Of a DNA stretch of 33,590 nt, positions 18,936 through 27,701 are shown piece after piece. The stretch lies in the sequence record SRR22947725_176. One strand, written 5' to 3'. The number at the start of each line of letters is the position of its first letter. Position 1 is the stretch's first letter. Position numbers and translations under genes: made by a program. The notes under the pieces were generated by a model that saw only the letters and a program-made list of their open reading frames with translations, searched no databases and was not told where the DNA came from.

Positions 18936-21356
18936 TCATTCAATAGTTAGATAAGTACCTTTGAAATTTTGGCTTAGCACCATCATTTTTAAGGGTATAT
19001 TTTTATTTGCTCTTACTACTTCAATTGATGCTCTTCCATTAGCCATTTCTATAACTTCACTTCCTGTTGGCGTACCCATTGCTTCTTGTGTTTCTCCCCC
19101 AGATAAGCACTGAAAGTACACTCGTTCTTCAAAGTCCAACACGCGAAGACCATTTTTGTCATGCGCCGTTGCCGTGACCAAATAATTTCCATTCTCCAAT
19201 TGGGTGTACACCAGTGCAAGGCTTTTTGCGGTTCCATTTTTTGTAAACCTGTAGTTGACTTTTAATTTGTCCCTTACTTCGTTGCCAGAGGATATTTTTC
19301 CGACAGCTTCAAGCACATTTTCTCCATCCGTAAAGGGAACATTCCAATTTAGTCCTGCTGCTGGGAAGCTCTTAATATTCCTTTTTTTTGTGCCCATGCT
19401 TTTACCATTTAAAAACAGCTCAACTTCTTGGCAGTTACTATATACACTAACAGCACGTTTTAACCCTTTTGGCCCTTGACGCTCTGTCCATGTATGCGAC
19501 TCAATATAGGCAAAAGGTGTAGTGTCATTCCAATAGCTTTTAAACACATAAAAAGCATCTTTAGGGTTGTTGTTTCTATCTACCAAGCCCTTTTGATTAA
19601 TATAGGGTATTGCATTTTCAGGGCGTAATGGTGTTCCAAAATCCTTGAATGCCCACTGCGCGTTCCCTACAAATGCGGTGTCATTTTCACTAATGCGCAA
19701 GTGCCAATCAAATAAATCGACAATATAGTTTTCACTCCAATCGCCAACTTTTGCAATATTAGGAACATCATTTTGTACAATGGCTTCTTCCCAGCCATCG
19801 GCTTGGATTTTGCCTTCACCAGTGATGGGGTTTTCTGTGTGTCTTCCCACATGACTAGAACCGCCATACTCGGTATGTAAAAAATGTTTGTATTCTTTTT
19901 TGTATTTGTCAACGGCTTTTTGATAACTCTTATAACTTCCAGAATACCATCCAGACCATATGGATGGTGAAAAAACATCCACGATATCTGAGCCCTCATA
20001 AAACTTTCTGATGGCTGTTTTTCGTGTTGGGTCTAGCTTGTGTGCATAGTCGTTTAGTTCTGAGAGGTAATCTTTTAATTGATCAATATCATCACCTCCT
20101 TCAAAATCGGGTAACCAATAAATTTCATTACCTAAGGACCAGAGAATTACACTGGGGTGGTTATAATTTTGTTCTATAATTTCTTTGAGCATATATTTGG
20201 TGTTCTTTTTCCACGCATCGTTGCCCAAACCCCCACGGCACCACGGTAATTCGTCCCAAACAAGTATGCCCAACTCATCGCAAGCCTTATAGATTTCAGG
20301 ATCTTGAGGATAATGTGCAAGTCGAACGAAATTAGCACCCATCTCTTTGATAAGTTCCATGTCTGTCCGGTGTTGTATATTACTCATTGCTGAGCCAACT
20401 CCAGCGTGTTCTTCATGCCGATGTGTACCTCTAAGTTTTAAGCGCTTTCCATTAAGGTAAAACGCTCCATAATCCTTAAACTCAAACCAACGAAAACCAA
20501 AATTTTCATTTAACTCGTCAATTGCTTTGCCATCTTTTACAAGTGCTACAGTAAGATTATACAGATATGGGTTTTTTGTATCCCAAAGATTGGGATTTGT
20601 GATGTTGGTAAAGTTAATATCCGCCGAATTATCCACCACATCAAATACAGCTGTTTTGACCATATTGCCGTCATTGTCAGCAAGAACTGCTTCAACCGAT
20701 AGTTTACTATTTTTGGGATTTGTAATCAACACTTTTGCATTCAATGCTGCATTACTGCTTGTCACTTTGGGTGTGGTAATTTTTAAATCATTTACGTGCT
20801 CAGCAGGAAGTGTTTTTAACCAAACATCCCGTGTGATGCCCCCATATATGAAAAAATCACTCTTTTGTGATGGGATAACTTCTGGATTGTACCCATTGTT
20901 TGCATACACCAAAATTTGATTTTTACCTTCCTTAACTGCATCTGTAATATCTAGGTTAAACCCAATATACCCACCAATGTGTTGACCAACATTCTTACCA
21001 TTCACATAAACCTTAGATGTAATGTTGACCCCCTCAAAGTATAGCTGAAAAACTTGACCCGCGCTAATGTTTGAGATTTCAATGTCTTTCCGATACCAGC
21101 TGCCGTCTCTTCTGTAGCCCGGCGCTAAGTCTGTTGCATCAATAGCATTCCAAGTATGTGGTAGATCAATGTCTTTCCAATTTTCATTGGCAAGTGCAGC
21201 ATCAGGCGTTTCTGCATTATACTCTAGATATTCCCAACCTTTGTTAATGTTAGTCGTTTGTCGTAACCCCTTATCAGAAATCGAATTACACGAGCTTGTA
21301 ATAAAGGCAAGGATTAGGGTATAAATGAATGCAAAGTTGTTAAATCGAGACTTCAT
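18936..21356 (-). CDS. GH2 glycoside hydrolase, probably a beta-glucuronidase (lipoprotein)
   Basis: LPHTWN, YGGITRDV, RLAHYPQ, WSLGNE (acid/base), TEYG (nucleophile) and the NQKG glucuronidase-type motif. Lipobox TSSC. Confidence 0.88.
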   Translation of the reverse strand: MKSRFNNFAFIYTLILAFITSSCNSISDKGLRQTTNINKGWEYLEYNAETPDAALANENWKDIDLPHTWNAIDATDLAPGYRRDGSWYRKDIEISNISAGQVFQLYFEGVNITSKVYVNGKNVGQHIGGYIGFNLDITDAVKEGKNQILVYANNGYNPEVIPSQKSDFFIYGGITRDVWLKTLPAEHVNDLKITTPKVTSSNAALNAKVLITNPKNSKLSVEAVLADNDGNMVKTAVFDVVDNSADINFTNITNPNLWDTKNPYLYNLTVALVKDGKAIDELNENFGFRWFEFKDYGAFYLNGKRLKLRGTHRHEEHAGVGSAMSNIQHRTDMELIKEMGANFVRLAHYPQDPEIYKACDELGILVWDELPWCRGGLGNDAWKKNTKYMLKEIIEQNYNHPSVILWSLGNEIYWLPDFEGGDDIDQLKDYLSELNDYAHKLDPTRKTAIRKFYEGSDIVDVFSPSIWSGWYSGSYKSYQKAVDKYKKEYKHFLHTEYGGSSHVGRHTENPITGEGKIQADGWEEAIVQNDVPNIAKVGDWSENYIVDLFDWHLRISENDTAFVGNAQWAFKDFGTPLRPENAIPYINQKGLVDRNNNPKDAFYVFKSYWNDTTPFAYIESHTWTERQGPKGLKRAVSVYSNCQEVELFLNGKSMGTKKRNIKSFPAAGLNWNVPFTDGENVLEAVGKISSGNEVRDKLKVNYRFTKNGTAKSLALVYTQLENGNYLVTATAHDKNGLRVLDFEERVYFQCLSGGETQEAMGTPTGSEVIEMANGRASIEVVRANKNIPLKMMVLSQNFKGTYLTIE

Positions 21357-22540
21357 TAATTAATATTTTTAAGTCTAATTAGGGTTTCAAGAAAATAGTA
21401 ATCTCCATATGCAATGGGCTCATCTATCTCATCGTTTTTTGGCCAGTTTCCTGTACTGTGATCTAGTATAAAAGGTGCATCGAAATCAGATGCCAAAATA
21501 TAATCTGGTGATTTTAGGCTCGTCATCACTTTTTTACTGTAATCCAAGTATTTTTCCTCTTGTGTATATACATAAATTTCAACCATAGCAGCGGCTACAA
21601 TTGTTCCAGCAGAAACATCTCTTGGCGCATTTGGAATGGCAGGGTCATCAAAATCCCAGTAGGGTATTCCGTCTTTTGGTAAATTTTTGTGATTTAAGAA
21701 ATATTCAGCTGTGGCAATGGCACGATTTAGGTACCTAGTATCTTTGGTATATCGGAAGGCAAGTGTATAGCCATAAATCCCCCAACCGTGACCGCGCGCC
21801 CATGAAGACTCATCATTAATCCCTTGATGTGTGACTTTCATTCTGGGGTGGTATGTCAGGGTATCATAATCTACCACGTGATAGCAACTATTGTCTGGTC
21901 TAAAATGGTGTTTTAATGTGGTGTTTGCATGGGTAACTGCTAACTTATGAAAGCTACTATCCCCTGAAATTTTAGTTGCTTCGAAAAGTAGTTCTAAGTT
22001 CATCATGTTGTCAATGATTACTGGAAATTGCCATACTTCTTTGTTGAAATCCCAAGAGCGAATACTTTTAATATTTTCATCAAATCGAGTACTTAACGTT
22101 TTGGCACTTTCAACAATAATATTTTTGTACCGTTTGTTCTCTTTTATTTTGAGTCCGTTGCCAAAACTGTTGTACACCTTAAAACCCATGTCGTGGGTGC
22201 GATTATTAAACTTTTCCTTTTCAATAAATGCTGTCCACTCCTCGGCTTTTTCGATGTAATCTTGATTTCCAGTTAAGGAGTATAAGTGCCAAAGGTTACC
22301 TGCAAAAAATCCGCTAGTCCAATCTTTAGAAGGAACTTTTTTAATAGCATTTGCTTTGTAAGAATAGCTTCTTGGGAATGCTAATGAATCAACCGAGTAT
22401 GTTAGTAATTTTTCATACCTCTTTTCTAAAAGTATTTCTATATCCGATTTAGCATCTTCTTTTTTTCTTGAGCACCCCGATAATATAAGGGCTAAAAAAA
22501 TCAAGAGAAAATAATAATTTTTATTTTGGCTAAAGATCAT
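21356..22540 (-). CDS. GH88 unsaturated glucuronyl hydrolase (lipoprotein)
   Basis: DWTSGFF, THDMGF, IIDNMMNLELL, WARGHGW, YWDF and YGDYYFLE motifs. Lipobox LSGC. Confidence 0.93.
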   Translation of the reverse strand: MIFSQNKNYYFLLIFLALILSGCSRKKEDAKSDIEILLEKRYEKLLTYSVDSLAFPRSYSYKANAIKKVPSKDWTSGFFAGNLWHLYSLTGNQDYIEKAEEWTAFIEKEKFNNRTHDMGFKVYNSFGNGLKIKENKRYKNIIVESAKTLSTRFDENIKSIRSWDFNKEVWQFPVIIDNMMNLELLFEATKISGDSSFHKLAVTHANTTLKHHFRPDNSCYHVVDYDTLTYHPRMKVTHQGINDESSWARGHGWGIYGYTLAFRYTKDTRYLNRAIATAEYFLNHKNLPKDGIPYWDFDDPAIPNAPRDVSAGTIVAAAMVEIYVYTQEEKYLDYSKKVMTSLKSPDYILASDFDAPFILDHSTGNWPKNDEIDEPIAYGDYYFLETLIRLKNIN

Positions 22541-22598
22541 GGTTGTTAAGATTAGCTTAAGTTGTTAAATGCTTTTTAATTTCAGTAAATTTAAAGCA

Positions 22599-23225
22599 TT
22601 AGATCGCGTATTTTTTTTGAAATTGACTAGGAGTAAGACCAAATTTTTCACTAAAACACATACTGAAATATTTTGGGTTTTTATATCCAACATGATAGCT
22701 TACTTCTGAAATAATCATTTTGCCTTTTTCAAGTAATTGTACAGCACGTCTCATGCGATAATGTTTTATTAAATCGTTTGGAGTAAAGTTTGTCCATGTT
22801 TTAACCTTTAAGAACAACAATGTACGACTAACACCTAGTTCATAACAAAATGCAGAAATATTAAAAAATTCGTTACTGATATTTTCCTCTATAATGAGAA
22901 GCGCTTTTTTAAATAGTTTTTCATCAAATGAGGGGATAGATACTTCATTTGGCTGAAAAAAATCTTGTGTGTTTATTTCTTTTATGAATCGCTGCTCGTT
23001 TTCCCTTTCAAGAAATTCAATTCTTGACTTTAGCCTAGCCACTTCTTGAAAAAGCGTTCGCACCTGTTCTTTAAGCGCTTCGTTTTTATAGGCAGGTTGA
23101 GCCATTAATGACTCTAAATTTTTTGCCCTAGTTTTAAGTTCATCTGCTAAATACATGTTTCCGCTATTATTTAATTCTTGTATGTTTTCTTTTATATCAG
23201 ACCTGACTCTTGTTTCAATCATCAT
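22599..23225 (-). CDS. AraC-family HTH transcriptional regulator with a coiled-coil N-terminus
   Basis: ELGVSRTLLFLKVK...RMRRAVQLL...ISEVSYHVGYKNPKYFSMCF.EKFGLTPS. The N-terminal ~80 aa are heptad-like. Confidence 0.88.
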   Translation of the reverse strand: MMIETRVRSDIKENIQELNNSGNMYLADELKTRAKNLESLMAQPAYKNEALKEQVRTLFQEVARLKSRIEFLERENEQRFIKEINTQDFFQPNEVSIPSFDEKLFKKALLIIEENISNEFFNISAFCYELGVSRTLLFLKVKTWTNFTPNDLIKHYRMRRAVQLLEKGKMIISEVSYHVGYKNPKYFSMCFSEKFGLTPSQFQKKYAI

Positions 23226-23231
23226 TGGGGC

Positions 23232-24893
23232 TTATTTTTTTTGTCGCGTTGTTAGTTGATAGTTGTAAAGTGATGGGTGTTTTTCAAAAACTTCATTAAC
23301 TGCCTTTATCATAGTCATAGGCTGGTAGTTAACTTCAAAAGTTTGATTCCCATTAATTCCTATAATACGAGCAAATGGGCCATCTTTCATTCCATCTAAC
23401 TTTATTGTTTTTGATGAATTGATATCATTCAATACATTAACTTTAGTGTTCCAAAAAGTACTAAATGCACCGTGGGAAGGTTTCCAGTAGCCGGCACCCC
23501 CACCTTTAAATAGGGGGTAACTCATTTCTTCATCTGGCGAAATATGTACTGTGGTATTGTCAAATAAGTTTTGATGATTCGCACCCGAATGCTGATCCAA
23601 AATGGGATCCACAAAAACTTCACAGTTCAGGTATACACATTTTGTTGCTAATGTATTGAAGCTCAGCGGGTGCACCGCTTTGTTATAAACTTTTATCCCT
23701 CTGGCCAATACATTATATGTACCAGACATTGCAACAGTATAATGTGCTGTGTTTTCCCCTTTAGTGACTACGTCTTCAATGGTTACATTGGCAATATTTT
23801 CTGTAAGTATGCCACTATCTGCATTTTCAATGATGATATTTTTCACCCAACTGTTATATACACGCGTAAGGTAAATACCATTAAAACCGGGTTCAACGTG
23901 ATGCGCAATTCGAGGCGATTTTGGAAACCGAATACTGAAATCTTGGATACCAATTTCTTTTAGATGATTCCATCTCACTAATTGCGCTTCAAATACGGGT
24001 TTTATATCAATGGTTAGTGGGCTACTTACTGTTGCTATTCCTTCTGATATTGCAAGGACTTTTAACTGTTGGCGCACTAGTGGTAAGTCTGGAAAATTCC
24101 AATGATGGCTGCCAATTCTTGTTAATTGATTTTTATAAAGCTCCTGGATTATCTGACTTTCTTCTCCTTGCTTATTAAAGAGTTGGAGTTCGACAACATC
24201 CCCAACATTTAAATGTTGCGATTCGGAAACACTTAAGGAGAAGCCCCCCCTTTTTCCTTCAGAAACTTTTGCGAGCACCTCGTAGGGCCGCTCATATTTT
24301 TTTAGATAGGGCTTAACACGCTCTCCAGGGACTCGAGTCCATATAAACCCGCCTGACCAAGCGAATTGGGAAAATGGTAAGTCTATATTGTTCTCTTTCT
24401 CCCGTTGCCTTTTGTCAAATTCAATTAGATACTCACGCAATTCTTTAAGATCTTCAGGATCTTTGGTGTACATTAGGGGTCTAGGACAATATATTTCAGT
24501 ACCATGCTCACCTGATCCAGCACCACTTAAAATAAAATTATTGCGCTCAATGTAAATGATTCCACTAATAATTATTTTTCCAGGCGGTAATAATAATGTA
24601 ACAGGCCCCTTTAATTTACTGACTTCGCTAATGGCATGTTGCAGTGCTTTAGTGTCGTCAAGACCATCATTAGCCACAACATTATAATCAACTGCATCTA
24701 CAATAATTCCTGTAAAATCTGGAATTTGTTTATTTCCATTATGGTAGCCAGCATAACTAAAGTCGGGAATATAATTCTCGTCATTAACATTAACCCCAGA
24801 ATGTATAAAGGACATATTTTGCGACCAACTAACTGAAAATAAGTTTAGTATCGCTATTATAAGCATTAAAAAGTTTAATTTTATTTTTATCAT
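23232..24893 (-). CDS. Uncharacterised secreted right-handed beta-helix protein (Pectate_lyase_3/GH28-related N-terminus)
   Basis: Signal peptide ending WS|Q. IPDFSYAGY...VDAVDYNVVANDGLDDTKALQHAI...LLPPG is a typical beta-helix cap, followed by N-V-T-I-E/N-like rungs. Confidence 0.65.
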   Translation of the reverse strand: MIKIKLNFLMLIIAILNLFSVSWSQNMSFIHSGVNVNDENYIPDFSYAGYHNGNKQIPDFTGIIVDAVDYNVVANDGLDDTKALQHAISEVSKLKGPVTLLLPPGKIIISGIIYIERNNFILSGAGSGEHGTEIYCPRPLMYTKDPEDLKELREYLIEFDKRQREKENNIDLPFSQFAWSGGFIWTRVPGERVKPYLKKYERPYEVLAKVSEGKRGGFSLSVSESQHLNVGDVVELQLFNKQGEESQIIQELYKNQLTRIGSHHWNFPDLPLVRQQLKVLAISEGIATVSSPLTIDIKPVFEAQLVRWNHLKEIGIQDFSIRFPKSPRIAHHVEPGFNGIYLTRVYNSWVKNIIIENADSGILTENIANVTIEDVVTKGENTAHYTVAMSGTYNVLARGIKVYNKAVHPLSFNTLATKCVYLNCEVFVDPILDQHSGANHQNLFDNTTVHISPDEEMSYPLFKGGGAGYWKPSHGAFSTFWNTKVNVLNDINSSKTIKLDGMKDGPFARIIGINGNQTFEVNYQPMTMIKAVNEVFEKHPSLYNYQLTTRQKK

Positions 24894-24901
24894 ATACTTT
24901 A

Positions 24902-24922
24902 TGCAATGGATTGCACAATATA
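24902..24922 (-). promoter_or_regulatory. LacI-type operator (TGCAATCCATTGCA) next to a -7-like box (TATATTGTG) for the beta-helix/araC/GH88/GH2 operon
   Basis: Palindrome TGCAAT-nn-ATTGCA at 24902-24915, between the divergent 553-aa gene and lacI. 13/14 match to the site at 26058-26071. Confidence 0.7.
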
Positions 24923-24980
24923 AAACGTTTTTGATTAAAATTCAAAACATTTTTAATAAGTTTACCGAACTTTAAAGATT

Positions 24981-26012
24981 GTGAAGAAAAAAACCACCAT
25001 ATACGACATTGCTGCAAAGCTTAAAATTACGGCCGCTACGGTATCTCGCGCTTTAAACGATAGTGAGCTAATAAGTAGGAAAACCAAGAAAATGGTTTTG
25101 GAAGCTGCACACGAATTAAGTTATTACAAAAACCGGCATGCATTGGCTTTGAAAAGCGGCAGAACAAATCAGATTGGTTTGGTTGTGCCGTTTATTAATC
25201 GTCATTTTTTCTCAAATATTATTATGGGTGTTGAGGAAGAGTTATATCCTAAGGGCTATCAAGTCATGATATTCCAATCAAATGAATCTGAGAAAAAAGA
25301 GCAAGATATTATTGAAGCGCTCTTGCAAAATCAGGTTGATGGGGTGCTTGTTTCTGTTTCCAAAACAACTCGATCAAAAGATCATTTTAATAAGATTGTC
25401 GAAAATAATTTACCCCTTATTTTTTTTGATAGAAGGGCTGAGATTGATAACTCTAGTTGTGTAGAGACAGATGATGTGTTGGGTGGAAAAATTGCCACAC
25501 AACACTTGATTGATCAAGGCTGTAGCCAAATAGCTTATGTTACGGTTGATTTAAACCTTAATATCTATATAAATCGTTTTAAGGGCTATAAAGAAACTCT
25601 AAAACACAACGGTATTGACTTTAATGCTGACTTCGTCTTTCAAGCCAATAGTGATATTGCTTCAGGAAGAAAAGTAGCACGTCAAATATTGTCTAGCGCT
25701 GCCAATATTGATGCTATTTTTTGCTCAAGTGATTATATAGCGCTTGGTGTTATGCAAGAGCTCAAAGATAATAACATCGTTATACCAGGTGATGTGGCGG
25801 TGGTTGGATTTAGTAACGAACCCTTTACTGAACTATTGGATTTGACGTTGACTTCAATTGACCAAAACCCTTATGAAATGGGCAAAAGTGCTGCACGTGT
25901 TTTCTTGGACCAAGTGAATTCAAAAGACGCGATTATTGAGCACGCTGTTAAGCTAAAACCCAAGCTTTGCATTAGGGATTCTTCATTGAAGAATGCACAG
26001 AAAACAAATTAG
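24981..26012 (+). CDS. LacI-family transcriptional regulator
   Basis: TTIYDIAAKLKITAATVSRALN HTH, periplasmic-binding-fold effector domain, IPGDVAVVGF, LTSIDQ. GTG start. Confidence 0.96.
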   Translation: MKKKTTIYDIAAKLKITAATVSRALNDSELISRKTKKMVLEAAHELSYYKNRHALALKSGRTNQIGLVVPFINRHFFSNIIMGVEEELYPKGYQVMIFQSNESEKKEQDIIEALLQNQVDGVLVSVSKTTRSKDHFNKIVENNLPLIFFDRRAEIDNSSCVETDDVLGGKIATQHLIDQGCSQIAYVTVDLNLNIYINRFKGYKETLKHNGIDFNADFVFQANSDIASGRKVARQILSSAANIDAIFCSSDYIALGVMQELKDNNIVIPGDVAVVGFSNEPFTELLDLTLTSIDQNPYEMGKSAARVFLDQVNSKDAIIEHAVKLKPKLCIRDSSLKNAQKTN

Positions 26013-26051
26013 AACTTAAAAACTATATTTAAAACAATTGATCAGTTTAAT

Positions 26052-26071
26052 TATATTTGCAATCCATTACA
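26052..26071 (+). promoter_or_regulatory. kduI operon promoter -7 box (TATATTTG) overlapped by a LacI-type operator (TGCAATCCATTACA)
   Basis: TAnnTTTG at 26052-26059 and operator at 26058-26071, 7 nt before the kduI ATG. Confidence 0.72.
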
Positions 26072-26078
26072 ATTTTAT

Positions 26079-26915
26079 ATGCAATCAAATAATATATACC
26101 TAGCTACCAGCCCAACAGAAGCGAAAAACTTTGATACAGATGAGTTAAGAAATCGCTTTTTAATAGGAACCATTTTCAAACCTGATCATGTTACGGCCTA
26201 TTACACCACTTACGACCGATACCTTGTAGGCGGCGCACAGCCTGTAACCAAACCTCTTGCCCTAGAGGTTATTGATGAGCTACGAGCGGATTATTTTTTG
26301 GAACGCAGAGAATTGGGCATTATCAATGTTGGCGAAACGGGTACTGTTCGCGTAGATGGTATTGTTTTTACACTTGAAAACCAGGAGGCCTTATATGTTG
26401 GTAGAGGCGCTAAAGATGTCGTTTTTGAAAACACCTCAGGCTCTTCCCCTTTGTTTTACTATAATTCAACCCCAGCACATAAAAGCTACCCAACCGAAAA
26501 AATTTCATCTGAACGCGCACAATATGTAGAGCTTGGAGACGATAAAAATGCTAATAAAAGACGCATAAAAAAACTCATTGTTCAAGAAATTATACCTACT
26601 TGCCAATTGCAGATGGGCCTTACCATGTTATATGAAGGAAATGTGTGGAATACCATGCCTGCACATACGCATCTAAGAAGAATGGAGGTTTATTTTTATT
26701 TTAATATTAATACAGACAATTCTATTTCTCATTTTATGGGTGAACCTCAAGAAACAAGACATATATTTATGCAAAACCATCAAGCGGTAATTTCGCCATC
26801 TTGGTCTATACACAGTGGATGTGGCACTTCAAACTATACTTTTATTTGGGGTATGGCAGGTGAGAACTTAGATTATGGAGATATGGATGGTGTAAAAATT
26901 AACGAACTACGTTAA
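26079..26915 (+). CDS. kduI: 4-deoxy-L-threo-5-hexosulose-uronate ketol-isomerase
   Basis: YFLERRELGIIN, CQLQMG, WNTMPAHTHLRRMEVYFYF, SPSWSIHSG and WGMAGEN motifs. Confidence 0.97.
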   Translation: MQSNNIYLATSPTEAKNFDTDELRNRFLIGTIFKPDHVTAYYTTYDRYLVGGAQPVTKPLALEVIDELRADYFLERRELGIINVGETGTVRVDGIVFTLENQEALYVGRGAKDVVFENTSGSSPLFYYNSTPAHKSYPTEKISSERAQYVELGDDKNANKRRIKKLIVQEIIPTCQLQMGLTMLYEGNVWNTMPAHTHLRRMEVYFYFNINTDNSISHFMGEPQETRHIFMQNHQAVISPSWSIHSGCGTSNYTFIWGMAGENLDYGDMDGVKINELR

Positions 26916-26918
26916 AAT

Positions 26919-27701
26919 ATGAATCCATTTGATCTGACAGGAAAAACAGCTTTTGTTTCTGGCGCAACCCACGGACTTGGCATGGCTATGGCTGCAGGAC
27001 TTGCTGAGGCAGGAGCCAAACTCATTATTTCAAGTACAAGCGCACATAAGTTAGAAGGTGCCTTGAATGAATACAAAATAATGGGTTTTGAGGTTTCTGG
27101 TTATGTACTGGATGTTACCAATGATGAACAGGTCAAAACAGTGACTGCTGAAATTCTTAAAAAGCAACGAGTCGATATTCTAGTCAATAATGCGGGTATT
27201 ATAAAAAGAACTCCGGCACTTGAAATGAGCCCTGAGGACTTTAGAGCCGTCACGGATGTTCACCTTACAGGTTCGTTTCATCTTGCACAACAGTTTGCCA
27301 TCCCTATGGTAGCGCGTAAGTCAGGAAAGATTATTAATATTTGCTCGATGATGAGCGAGTTGGGCCGTAACACAGTTAGTGCTTATGCGGCTGCTAAAGG
27401 TGGTTTGAAAATGCTTACAAGAAACTTAGCCACAGAGTGGGCCAAACACAATATACAAGTCAATGGCATTGGCCCTGGCTATTTTGAGACTTCTCAAACC
27501 GCTCCAATACGAGTAGATGGACACCCATTTAACGATTTTATCATCAACAGAACACCAGCTGGCCGTTGGGGTAAAACAGAGGACCTTAAAGGAACTGCTG
27601 TATTCCTCGCATCAAAAGCAAGTGATTTTGTGAATGGCCAAATTATTTACGTAGACGGCGGTATATTGGCAACAATTGGAAAACCAACTAATGAGCTATG
27701 A
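26919..27701 (+). CDS. kduD: SDR dehydrogenase, KduD/gluconate 5-dehydrogenase type (2-keto-3-deoxygluconate-forming)
   Basis: SGATHGLG, NNAGIIKR, ICSMMSELGR and YAAAKGG motifs. Directly after kduI. Confidence 0.8.
   Translation: MNPFDLTGKTAFVSGATHGLGMAMAAGLAEAGAKLIISSTSAHKLEGALNEYKIMGFEVSGYVLDVTNDEQVKTVTAEILKKQRVDILVNNAGIIKRTPALEMSPEDFRAVTDVHLTGSFHLAQQFAIPMVARKSGKIINICSMMSELGRNTVSAYAAAKGGLKMLTRNLATEWAKHNIQVNGIGPGYFETSQTAPIRVDGHPFNDFIINRTPAGRWGKTEDLKGTAVFLASKASDFVNGQIIYVDGGILATIGKPTNEL

Noticed and set aside
22570-22598. Imperfect inverted repeat between araC and GH88
   Set aside because: It is almost all A/T with mismatches, not a credible terminator.
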